DNA from: an uncultured Planctomycetota bacterium
GTDB taxonomy: Bacteria; Planctomycetota; Planctomycetia; Isosphaerales; Isosphaeraceae
DNA: 64,000 bases
Direction of reading: 5' to 3'
NCBI GenBank assembly: GCA_963823665.1
Contig: CAWGMQ010000010.1
Span: 2,400,001-2,464,000 of the forward strand
In this document: in pieces, positions 12,787 to 23,400 of the stretch
Layout: every line of letters begins with the position of its first letter
How positions within the stretch are numbered: the stretch's first letter is position 1
Program-made: the position numbers and the translations under genes
Notes under the pieces: generated by a model
Database searches by the model: none
Seen by the model: only the letters and a program-made list of their open reading frames with translations
What the model was told of the DNA's origin: nothing

Positions 12787-13005
12787 TCAGCTCCCCGCCA
12801 AACTCGCAGCGTAATCAACTCCCTCCTGCGTGATTCGGTAGGCCGATTCCCGTCCGTGTGCGAACGTGTGCAACGGAATCATAAGCCCGGCGCGCGCGAG
12901 CTCCCGGTAAGCTTCGCGGTTCTCATCGGTCACCAGGATTTGCTGTCCGGTCATGTTTTCCCTCAGCAGATCGAGGGCGGGTTCGGACAGGATCAGGGTT
13001 TCCAT
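12787..13005 (-). CDS. Small hypothetical protein
   Basis: METLILSEPALDLLRE...AYRELARAGLMIPLHTF...YRITQEG, preceded by GAGGA. Confidence 0.5.
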   Translation of the reverse strand: METLILSEPALDLLRENMTGQQILVTDENREAYRELARAGLMIPLHTFAHGRESAYRITQEGVDYAASLAGS

Positions 13006-13174
13006 GTTTTCCTCATCATTGGGCGGGCTCGACCATTCGAGCGCGGGACTCCCGCCCCCTGGGCTCGACCGCCGATGTCGCAAAAGCGCGCAAGCCGCAA
13101 GTATCCTACGACGCAAACATTGAGCGACATACTACCCGCCAACACAGTTCCAGAGAACATCAACCAGAAGCGCG

Positions 13175-14400
13175 TCACCCACCCTTTTCGATCGCCAACG
13201 CAATCCCGTCGCGAGTAACAAGAAACGGCCGCGGGGTAATCGGGTAGCTCGACGTGTCATAATCCTTGCGCAATTGCGCTCCGTCCGCTTCTTCACCCGC
13301 CGCCGGTCCGAATAGAGTACCAAGGTGTCTCGATCCGGAATGCCGGCCCGGAACGGGCTGCCGAGTGCACCGCAGAACACGCGGTGCAGCTCGGGATGGA
13401 GCAGCCGGCTCGATGCCAGCCCGTCGCCCGTGGCGACGACGATCACTCGCCCTCCGTCCTCCTGTCGCGCCCCGGGCATCTTGGCCGGCCAGGATAGCCT
13501 GCTCAGGTTGGCCACGGCCACCTCGTGCATGGCCTGAGCATCCCTCTCCCATCGGACTGCATCAGCCGTGGTCACGAATCGGAAAATGTCGTTGCCCCGC
13601 AGGGCGTAGCAGATCACCACATCGGCAAGCCATTCATTCACGAGCGAATTCCGGTTCGCAGATGCCGATTCCAGGTAGCTGCGCGGCTTCAAGAGGGGGA
13701 CCACCCGAGCTTCTGCGTCTTCCCATGTTTCCTGACCCAGCGTCTCATTCATGGATTGATCGAGGCTCTTCACGAAATGTCGAATGATTTCGGCTCGACG
13801 CTTGGGAGCCTCGCGAACCTCTCGATACAGATTGCTCAGAAACACGACGCGGTTGCGCCCGCGGATCCCTTTCTCATCCGCCCGGAAGTCTTGATCGGGA
13901 TGGCGTTCCCGCAACATCCCGATCACCTCGTCGGTCAGTTGTCGCAGCGCCAGCTCCTCGTCGCGCGTGATCTCGAGCGTGGCCATCACGTGCTCGAAAG
14001 TCGGGTTCCAGATGTCGCGTTCCGCCACCGGAAGCTGGGTGCTGGCGAACAGCACCACATCACCACCCGCGATCAGCCAGTAATGGCCTCCCTCGCCGTC
14101 CTTCTGGACGTCCGCCTTGACGCCGTAATGTCGCAGCGTCGGATCGCGGCGAATGTTGCCCCCCTCCATATGCGGCAGCACCTGGTTGAGGATCTTGGGT
14201 AGTTCCTCCGTCAGTCGGTTGCTGTCCACGCTGACCGGCATGAGCGAGATCCACAGCCCGACATCATCGCGCTCATGCGGGCCGAATCCACACGAGCGAG
14301 CCTCGTCTTTCTGGATCTGGTCCCAGTAGGAAGGGTACTCCAGCCGGTACACTCCCGCGGGATGAACGAATTGCTTCAAATGAATCGGGTTCATGAACAT
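13175..14400 (-). CDS. DUF1444-like protein, frameshift near 13280
   Basis: VVPLLKP...EVAVANL...GDGLASSRLLHP...GIPDRDTL resembles DUF1444/YtpQ; C-terminus LRKDYDTSSYPITPRPFLVTRDG in the neighbouring frame. Confidence 0.6.
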
Positions 14401-14539
14401 ACTCAGGGAATGATGAATCGAATATTCGTCTTTGCTTCACGCGCGGAAAGCGAAAGAAGCACAGGACGACCCGGTTCGAAACCCCGAACATTCGGGGACA
14501 GAGCCCCTCATACAGGTTCCACTCCGACACATCCATTCT

Positions 14540-14612
14540 TGTAGGAGCGGGCTCCGTCCCGCTACAGGCAGAATCGCGACACGGCCATTTTTGTAGGAGC
14601 CGGCTCCGTCGG
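14540..14612. repeat. GTAG-type REP-like palindromes (2 copies)
   Basis: TGTAGGAGCGGGCTCCGTCCCGCTACA at 14540 and TGTAGGAGCCGGCTCCGTCGG at 14592. Confidence 0.45.
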
Positions 14613-14834
14613 ACGATCCCGAATCCCCTCACGGCGCTGAGACCTTACGGTGGAAAACTCTAACAGGACCCAGACCATTTCATTCAGGCGACTTCTGACC
14701 GGGAAGATAACACTCAATCATTGATGCCTCCGTGCGATCTCAGGTTTGCTGACCACTTGGACTCAGATTTGCCGGATCACATACAATTTCGGCGGTCTTT
14801 TCACCCAGGAAGCCCATTGCACCAGGAGCGAGCC

Positions 14835-15824
14835 ATGGCCAAGGTCGTGCGGTTCCACAAAATTGGCGGTCCCGAAGTACTCCAGCTTGATGAGGTCGAA
14901 GTTGCGCCGCCGAAGCAGGGCGAGATCCAGATCCGCGTGAAAGCCTTGGGGCTGAACCGCGCCGAGTCGATGTTTCGGAGCGGGCAGTATCTGGAAGAGC
15001 CCCGGTTCCCCGCCCGTCTGGGTTACGAAGCCTCGGGAACGGTCGCAGCAGTCGGCCCCGGCGTCCAGGGCTTCAAGGCCGGTGACGCCGTCAGCGTGAT
15101 ACCCAGCTTCTCGCTAAACGAATACGGACTCTACGGCGAAGTCGCCAATGCCCCCGCACACGCGGTCACACACCATCCGGCGTCCCTTTCGTGGGTCGAC
15201 GCCGCGGCGGTCTGGATGCAATACCTTACAGCCTATGGAGCAATCATTGACATTGCCGGCTTGAAAGCGGGCGACTCGATCTTGATTCCGGCCGCCTCGA
15301 GCAGTGTCGGCCTGGCCGCGATTCAACTTGCCAGAAGGGTCGGAGCGACCCCGATCGCCTTGACTCGCGGCCACGCCAAGCGGCAAGCACTCAAAGATGC
15401 CGGAGCCGCTCACGTGATTTCCACCGACGAGCAAGACCTCGTGAAGGAAGTTCTCGGCCTCACGTCCGGCAAGGGTGCCCGTGTGGTCTTCGACCCCGTC
15501 GGCGGCCCAACATTTGCAAAACTCGCGGAAGCCACAGCCCATCGTGGAACGCTCTTCCTCTACGGAGCGCTCAGCACCGAGCCCACTCCATTGCCTCTCT
15601 TCACGACGCTGGCCAAGTGGCTCACCATCCGTGGGTACGTGATGATGGAAATCACCAGCAACCCGGGTCGTCTGGAACGCGCCCTGGAGTTCATCAACGA
15701 GGGCCTCGCCGACGGAAGTTTGAAGCCGATCATTGCCAAGACGTTCCCGCTGAAGGATATTGTCGAGGCGCATCGCTATCTCGAATCCAACCAGCAGATT
15801 GGCAAGGTCGTCGTGACGGTTTAG
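14835..15824 (+). CDS. NADPH:quinone oxidoreductase (MDR family)
   Basis: GGPEVLQL, LGLNRAE, LGYEASG, AASSSVGLAAIQ, AHRYLESNQQIGKVVV; AGGAG RBS. Confidence 0.9.
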   Translation: MAKVVRFHKIGGPEVLQLDEVEVAPPKQGEIQIRVKALGLNRAESMFRSGQYLEEPRFPARLGYEASGTVAAVGPGVQGFKAGDAVSVIPSFSLNEYGLYGEVANAPAHAVTHHPASLSWVDAAAVWMQYLTAYGAIIDIAGLKAGDSILIPAASSSVGLAAIQLARRVGATPIALTRGHAKRQALKDAGAAHVISTDEQDLVKEVLGLTSGKGARVVFDPVGGPTFAKLAEATAHRGTLFLYGALSTEPTPLPLFTTLAKWLTIRGYVMMEITSNPGRLERALEFINEGLADGSLKPIIAKTFPLKDIVEAHRYLESNQQIGKVVVTV

Positions 15825-15830
15825 AAACCG

Positions 15831-16868
15831 ATGCGTTTACAGTCGCTGCTCGGAATGAGCTTGCCGTTGATTCAGGCCCCTATGGCCGGCGTCCAGGGAA
15901 GCGCCCTGGCGGTGGCCGCGTCGACCGCTGGGGCACTCGGCTCCCTGCCTTGCGCCATGCTCAGCCCGGACGCGATGCGGAACGAGCTCGTTGCGGTCCG
16001 CAGCCAGGCGTCAGGCCCCTTCAACGTCAACTTCTTCTGCCACACGCCGCCCGATCCCAGCGCCGAGCGCGAGGCCGTATGGCGGGCGGCACTCGCTCCG
16101 TATTACAGAGAACTTGGGCTCGACGTCGGCACGATCGCCGGAGGAGCCACGCGCACGCCGTTCGGCAATCAGGCCGCTGATGTACTCGAGGAGTTCCGGC
16201 CCGCCGTCGTAAGCTTCCATTTCGGCTTGCCGTCGCCCGAGTTGATCGCTCGGGTGCGAGGCTGGGGCTCAAGAGTGCTTTCTTCAGCGACAACAGTAGA
16301 GGAAGCACGCTGGCTCGAAGAACGTGGAGTCGATGCGATCATCGCCCAGGGGCTCGAGGCCGGCGGCCACCGCGGTATGTTCCTGTCAGACGACCTGACG
16401 ACGCAGATCGGTACGCTCGCGCTCGTCCCGCAGATCGTCAGTGCCGTGAAGGTTCCGGTCATCGCCGCGGGAGGCATCGCCGACGCAAAAGGTGTGCGCG
16501 CTGCGATGGCCCTGGGTGCCGCCGGCGTGCAGGTGGGAACAGCTTTCTTGCTGTGCCCCGAGGCCACGACGAGCGTCGTGCACCGCACCGCGCTCAAGAG
16601 CGATAGAGCCCGCCAGACGGCGGTAACGAACGTCTTCACCGGCAGGCTCGCTCGCGGGATCGTCAACCGGCTGATACGCGAGGTCGGCCCGATCAGCTCG
16701 ATCGCACCAGAGTTCCCCTTGGCCGCGGCCGCTATCGCCCCGCTCCGCGCCGCGGCCGAGAGCCGGGGCAGCGGCGATCTCTCGCCCCTCTGGGCGGGGC
16801 AGAACGCATCCGGATGCAAAGAAGTCCCCGCCGCCCAGCTTGTTGATGAGCTGGCCGCAGGATTCTAG
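15831..16868 (+). CDS. Nitronate monooxygenase family flavoprotein
   Basis: PLIQAPMAG, QGLEAGGHRG, PVIAAGGIAD, GVQVGTAF, LWAGQ. Confidence 0.9.
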   Translation: MRLQSLLGMSLPLIQAPMAGVQGSALAVAASTAGALGSLPCAMLSPDAMRNELVAVRSQASGPFNVNFFCHTPPDPSAEREAVWRAALAPYYRELGLDVGTIAGGATRTPFGNQAADVLEEFRPAVVSFHFGLPSPELIARVRGWGSRVLSSATTVEEARWLEERGVDAIIAQGLEAGGHRGMFLSDDLTTQIGTLALVPQIVSAVKVPVIAAGGIADAKGVRAAMALGAAGVQVGTAFLLCPEATTSVVHRTALKSDRARQTAVTNVFTGRLARGIVNRLIREVGPISSIAPEFPLAAAAIAPLRAAAESRGSGDLSPLWAGQNASGCKEVPAAQLVDELAAGF

Positions 16869-17041
16869 CTAACATTGCCTGCACCGCGCGCGACAGCCGC
16901 CGATCGGCGTGTTCTTCGACCGCGATCGGCACTTGCGGGCGCCGTTTGCCCATTTAAGAATTGTGAAGCCATCCTGGCGTCTGGGGCTCCGGTTGCAGGC
17001 CTTTTCTGAGACGGTCGGTAGGTCCCGATCCGTAAACCCAC

Positions 17042-18321
17042 ATGATTGACACCACTCCCTCCGCCGATCGCTACGACCTGCTCTCCGCGGAGTTTCTCGC
17101 CGATCCGTATCCGCTCTATGCCCGGCTGCGAGCGGATGACCCTGTTTACTGGTCAACTGCCCAGAGCTACTGGCTCGTCAGCCGGTACGCGGATGTGCAC
17201 GCCGCGGCACGCGATCCGCGGTGCTCGTCAAACACCGTGGACACGCTCATGGATCGGTTGCCGGCCGAAACGCACAACGAGCTCGCTTCCTTGCGAACGA
17301 TCCTCGGCGACCGGATGCTCTTCACCGACGCCCCTCGGCACAATATCCTGCGCGGGCTGATTCACAAAGCCTTCACGCCGCGCCGTATTGAGCTGATGCG
17401 AACGACGGTCCAGAAGGTGCTCGACGAGCTTCTGGAACCGGTCGCCAAGACGGAATCGTTCGACGTCATCGAAGACGTGGCTGATCCACTCCCCTCGCGC
17501 ATGATCACGATGATGCTCGGCATCCGGGCGGAGGATCGCGACCGATTCAAATCGTGGACGGATGCAATCTATCTCTTCATGGGGTTGAGCGGCACACCCA
17601 TTCTCGACCGCGCCCGTGCGGCTGCATCCGCCGCCCATGAATTGACGCAGTATCTCCGACGTGAAATCTCCGCGGTAAGGCGATCGCCCCGCGACGACCT
17701 GCTCAGCGACCTGGTCGCCGCGGAAGAGCAGGGTGACACGCTCACCGAGGCGGAGCTGATCTCAAACGTCGTGGGAGTCTTGAATGCCGGGCACGAGACA
17801 ACCACGAACCTGATCGGCAATGGTGTGCTGGGCTGCTGGAAAATCCTGGAAGCTGGGAGATGCTCCGCGACGACCCCGCGCTCATTCCTCGCGCCGTCGA
17901 GGAGGTTCTGCGGTATGAAAGCCCGATTCAGATGATCTCTCGAATCGCAGCCGAGAGCGTCGAGATCGGCGGGGTGAAAATTGGGCGAGGGGAACCGGTC
18001 GCTTTGATTCTCGGCTCGGCTAATCGCGATCCAGAGCAGTTCCCGCACGCCGACCGGTTCGAGATCGGCCGCGCGGACAACCGGCACGTGGCCTTCGGCC
18101 ATGGCCCGCACTTCTGTATCGGCGGCGCACTCGCGCGTGTGGTGGGCCAGGTCGTTTTCGGCACGCTTCCGTCTCGCTTTCCGAGCTTGAGACTTGCGTC
18201 GCAGGCCCGTGAATGGCGGGCTTACCCCATCTTCCGGGGACTAAGGCGGCTTACCCGTGATGACCTGAAATTGCTTTGGAGATCACGACGCCGGAAAAAA
18301 GGTGTCAGTGCACCCCCTTGA
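17042..18321 (+). CDS. Cytochrome P450, frameshift near 17830
   Basis: I-helix AGHETT, EEVLR (ExxR), heme motif FGHGPHFCIG. Confidence 0.9.
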
Positions 18322-18384
18322 CGGCGTTCATTTGAACGCTATGCTGGCGTTCGATTGTAAGCGAATCTCCTGGAGGCTCGATCA

Positions 18385-18769
18385 TTGACCAAGCGGCCCG
18401 CTCTCGCCGAAATCCGAGCTTGAGATCGCCCAGCTCGTCTGGCAGTTGGGCCAGGCCACCGTGCGCCAGGTGCTCGATGCACTGCCCACGCAGCGCGGCC
18501 TGGATTTCAAGACCGTTCAGACCTACTTGCGCCGCCTCGAGGCCAAAGGCTATCTCCGCTCGCGGCGCGAGGGGCGAGCCAAGATCTACGTCGCTCGCGT
18601 GCAGCCGGAACAGGTTCGTCGCGAGGTGATCAACGACTTCATCCATCGCCTCTTCGGCGGTGAAACCATTCCTCTTTTCCAGCATCTGATCAACGACCGG
18701 GGCTTGAGCGATTCCGAAATCAGCCGGTTGCGCGAATTGCTCGACACGTTGGAGGTCCGCAAGCCATGA
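18385..18769 (+). CDS. BlaI/MecI/CopY family repressor (frameshift near start)
   Basis: SELEIAQLVWQLGQATVRQV...TVQTYLRRLEAKGYL...FIHRLFGG; GGAGG upstream. Confidence 0.85.
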
Positions 18770-21700
18770 TTTCACTCGGCCAGCTTGTCTGGACCCAGCT
18801 CTGGCAGGTCACCGCGGTCGCCGCCGGCGTCGGTCTCTGGTCGTCAAGATCGGGTGCCGGCATCGGCCCCACCTTGCCCACGCGCTCTGGCTCGTTGTGC
18901 TCGTCAAATGCCTGACGCCCCCGCTTTTGAGCAGCCCCACCAGCATCTTCAGTTGGGCAGCGCGCGATTCCGCGACGCCCATCACGATCGCATCCGCATC
19001 ATCACCGGTCGATAACGCGATCAGCCTCACGCCGGTCTCGCACTCTGAACCGGACGCGCATCACGAAACCCCAGGCGGCGAACAGCTTCTGGCATCGAAA
19101 TCCGCCCCAGGCGATCCCCATTCGCTCAACGATCCGCCGGCTGAATCGGCCCCAAGACCCAGCGGCGGGTTGCCCCGCCAGTCTCCATCGCCATGGTTCT
19201 GGGCATCGCATGGCTCGTCGGCGCTCTCGCCTACGCAGGCTACGCATTGCTCGCGACGCTCTCCTGCTGGCGGATCATGCACACGAGTCGATTGCCGGCT
19301 GACGAACGATTGAGGAGTCTGGTCGCGGATTTGTCGCGGCGGCTGGGCCTGGGCCGCCCCGTCCGGGTGTGGGTCACCAGCAAGCCGCTCGGGCCGTTGA
19401 GCTTCGGCCTGTTACGGCCCACCGTGGTCTTGCCGGAGGCGCTCGCGGCCGGTCGATCCCCGACCGAGCTCGAGCCGCTGCTGGCGCACTGAGCTGGTTC
19501 ACCTCCGTCGCCGCGATTCGCTCATCGGTCTGCTCCAGCTCGCCGCGCGATGCCTCTGGTGGTTTCACCCGCTCCTCTGGTGGGCCGGTCGCCGGATCGA
19601 TTTCGAGCGCGAGCGCTGCTGCGACGAAGAGGTCGTCGCGGGCCTCGCGATCGACCCCGCTCGCTACGCGCGAACTCTCCTGTCGGTGCTCGAGCTGAAG
19701 CGGCAGTTGCGCTCGATGCCGGCCTCGCCCGGTGCACGTCCCTTCGAGATCACCCAGCGCCGATTGGAGCACATCATGCTGCGCAGCAATCGATTCCGAG
19801 CCCGAACGCCTCGCCGCGATTGGCTGGCGCTCGTCGCGCTGGCGTCTGCTGCTTGTCCCGGGAGCCGGCCTCACCGGCTGGAGCAGCCAGAGCAGCGAGT
19901 CCCTCCGGCACGACCCGATCCCGCGATCTCTCGCCGCCCGCCCAGGCAGACAGCGCGATACCCGCGGCCATCAATCACGCTGGTCCCACGCCGAGCGGAA
20001 AGAAACCGCGACCGAGGCTGAAGCCGAAATGCACGTCATCGGCGTTTACGAGGCGATCGATCGCCCTGGGAATGTCACGAAACGCGTGTACGTCAATGTG
20101 CGACCGACCACCAAACCGCATCGTCCTGGTGCTCACCGCGTATAAGGCCGTTGACTGGCACGTCTCTCTCGGCCGTGGAGCACGCGTCAAAAAGGTGATC
20201 ATGAGCGGCTATTTCGAGCAGGAAATCCGCGGTCTTCGCGCCGGCATTCCCGTCGAGAACCGATCGTATTTCCCCATCGACGGTTCGCGGCGCAAGGAAG
20301 GCTGGTTCTGCGCCCACCAGTGGAACACGCTCGATTGGCGACAGATGGCTCGGAGACTGAACGAGATGACTGGCCTCGCCGTCACCAGCTTTCAGGGAGC
20401 GAACCAAGGCGATTCCTTCATTGTCGATGGGAAAGTCGGCCGCGAGTTTGGCCAGGCTGGGCTGAGCCGGGCCACCGCTCGCAAGCCGGCGCCGCAAGAT
20501 CTACGCGAGGCTTCGAAAAACTGCCGCCTTGCACGTACTGGGAATCTATCATCCGGGCAACCAGAATCGCGGCGGGCTCGTCGACGTTGAGGTTCGCCCG
20601 GCGCCCAAAGCCGATCGTGCTGGTATTGACGTCGTATTGGGAAGCGATCTGGAACATCAAGCTCGCCCCGGGCGCCCGGATCAAGCACGTGATTGTCGGG
20701 AGTCCCTTTCCCCAGGAGGTCGAGGGCGTTCCGACTGGCGTGCCGGTACATTATTTCTGCCCCGATCACACGACATTATTCTTCGAGGGAAAGCAACAGC
20801 CGCCGCGCGAGCCGCAAGGGTTCTACGCGTACGAAGGGAACACGCTCAATTACCGACGTATGCTGGAAAAGCTGAACGACTTGACGGGCCTCCTGGTTTC
20901 CACTTTCCAGGGCGAATACACCGGCACATCTTTCATCGTCGATGGTACGCGCGGCCGCGAATACGCGCAGATAGAGCGTCAAGTACGGCCGGCCCCTCCG
21001 AAGGAGGTCAAACCCGAGGAGCTGCTGGCGGCCTCGGCAAATGCCGGCCTGCATGTCGTGGGCGTTTACGGGGCCGGCCCTATTAACAGCGGCCGCCCTG
21101 TTGACGTGGAAGTCCGTGCGACCGCCAGTCCGGTCGTGCTCGCGCTCGCGTCCTACGGGTCGGTTCTCTGGAACGTGAAACTCGCTCAGGGCGCGAAGGT
21201 GAGCGCGGTGATCGTCGGCGGCTATTTCGAGCAAGAGATACAAGGCGTTCCGGCTGGAATTCCGGTGGTTATCAAGAGCTATGCACAATCGCCAGATCGG
21301 GATTACTTCTTCGGCTACAACTGGAATTCGGACGAATGCCGCAACCTGATTGGCAAGTTGAACGACATGACAGGCCGGCTCGTTTCGACCTTCCAGGGCC
21401 AGGAAACCGGCGTGTCCTTCGTGGTCGATGGCGAGCGCGGCCGCAACTTCGCCCAGACGGTGCGCATGCCTGCCAGCTCCCGAGCCCTGCAGCCGCGAAA
21501 GAACGGTTGCAGCCGCAGAAAGACCTGCTGTCCGACGTGGCGGATATTCCCTCCCAGGAGCTGAAGGCCGGCGGTGACGCCGACAAGCGCTACCTGCTGA
21601 TCGGCCCGAAAAAGGATGCCAAGCCCCCGGCCGGAGGCTACGGCCTGGTCGTGATCATGCCCGGCGGGGATGGCAGTGCCGATTTTCATCCGTTCGTCAA

Positions 21701-22230
21701 ACGAATCTACAAGAATGCGTTGTCAGACGAGTATCTGGCCGCCCAGCCCATCGCCGTGAAATGGGCTGCCGACCAGCAGATCGTCTGGCCGACGAAGTCG
21801 AATCCCGTCGCCAAGATGAAATTCAGCACCGAGGAATTCATCGAGGCAGTGATCGACGATGTGGCGAAAAAACACAAGCTTGACCGCACCAAAGTCTTTT
21901 CTCTCTCCTGGTCGTCAAGCGGCCCCGCCGCATACGCCGCCTCGCTGCAAGAGAAGCACATCATCCGGGGCTCGTTCATCGCCATGTCGGTATTTCAACC
22001 GCGGTTCCTGCCCCCGCTGAAAGCCGCGAAGGGTCAGGCTTATTACCTCTATCATTCGCGAGCAAGACCGCATTTGCCCGTTCCGCATGGCCGAACAGGC
22101 CAGGAAGGCGCTTGAAGAAAACGGCGCCAAGGTTCAGCTCGAAACCTACGCAGGCGGCCACGGCTGGCACAACAGCGTCTACGGCCACATCCGGAAAGGC
22201 ATCGACTGGCTGGAGAAAACGGCGGAGTGA
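18766..22230 (+). CDS. M56/BlaR1-type peptidase + three tandem ~150-aa repeats + C-terminal alpha/beta hydrolase (many frameshifts; possibly one ORF)
   Basis: LWLVVLVKCLTPP, PLSFGLLRPTVVLP, LLAH-ELVH (HExxH, with an extra T at ~19490), WWFHPLLWW, ERERCCDEEV; repeats at ~20030, ~20530, ~21050; hydrolase part LVVIMPGGDG...SWSSSG...GGHGW. Confidence 0.7.
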
Positions 22231-22420
22231 TGTACCTTGCCGGTCCTGAACGCCTCTGCTACAGTTGCCCTTCTGGATCGCCACCGCCCAGAGGCCGTCC
22301 CTGAGAGGCCGGGGCGGCACGTCAGAAGGGCCCTCGGCCTCGGGACCGGCCGTCGCGACCCGCGCCTCCAATCCGCACGAATGACGGATGACACCCCTTG
22401 CGGAAGGGCGGGTTCACACC

Positions 22421-22849
22421 ATGGCTGCCAACCAGGATTTGTTGCTTGAAGAACGGTCGATGGTGACCATGAATTTCGGAGATCACATCGAGGAACTCCG
22501 TCGTCATTTGATTCTGGCATTGCTCGGACTCTTTGTCGGCGTCATCGCGACGCTGGTTCCTCCGTTCAACCTGGCACGCGAGATTCTTCGCCAGATGCAG
22601 GAGCCCGCGCAGCGGAGCCTTGGCGCCTGGAGCGCGAGGCACGCACGTGAAAAGGCCGCGTCAGCCGCGGCGGCGGGTTCCTACACGTCGGTACCCACGC
22701 GCATTTCCGCCGACGCGTTCGCGCAAGCCGTGCATCAGGTTTTCCCCGAGTTGCGCGTCCCGTCCCCGCACGCTTTGAAGGACCGCTATGTCGAGCTGCC
22801 CCAGGAGTTGAGCGACTCGAGCCTCATCACTGCCGTTGGAACCGAATAG
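22421..22849 (+). pseudogene. tatC: TatC N-terminal fragment
   Basis: MVTMNFGDHIEELRRHLILALLGL matches the TatC start; stops after one TM segment and a loop. Confidence 0.6.
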
Positions 22850-23059
22850 CCCCGCTCCGCATGACCGTGCCCCGTTGCGCCTTCCCCCTTTGCGACTTTG
22901 CGCCTTCGCGTGTGCCCTTCTTCGCCTTTGATCTCTTCGCATCTTTCACTTCTTTGTCACGCTCACCTCTTCGCGCCTTGAACGGGGTGGGAAACGCCAA
23001 CGAGCACTCTTCTCCGCGTGAAGTCGTTGCTCGTCCGCACTCCGATCCCACGTTCGTTT

Positions 23060-23075
23060 CGGCACGCTGTTTGCA
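23060..23075 (+). promoter_or_regulatory. Candidate sigma54 (-24/-12) promoter
   Basis: CGGCACG-CTGT-TTGCA with exact GG-N10-GC spacing, ~60 nt upstream of the ORF at 23137. Confidence 0.55.
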
Positions 23076-23136
23076 AGTCATCTGTGCGCGGGAAAAAAGT
23101 CGGCGGCCGCATCGATCACAGCACAAGGAGACTTTC

Positions 23137-23400
23137 ATGTCGGCGCCCAGACGCTGCCGAGAGTGCGGCCGGAAGCTCGCTGACGCTCACTTCTGTCCCC
23201 GATGTCGCGAGTGGTTTTGCTGCCTTACCTGCCTGGCCGGCGACAACGATCGACATCTGCATGAGAATGCAACATCCGTCAGTCCTCTGAAACCGTCCGG
23301 CACGGGTCGTTCGCGCACCCGTCCTACGCATACGAACATTTCAATATACATCGAGGAACTGACTGCCTGGTCGCGCACCTTCAACGCGAACCGGCGGTGA
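23137..23400 (+). CDS. Small Cys-rich (zinc-finger-like) protein
   Basis: AAGGAG RBS; MSAPRRCRECGRKLADAHFCPRCREWFCCLTCLAGDNDRH. Confidence 0.5.
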   Translation: MSAPRRCRECGRKLADAHFCPRCREWFCCLTCLAGDNDRHLHENATSVSPLKPSGTGRSRTRPTHTNISIYIEELTAWSRTFNANRR

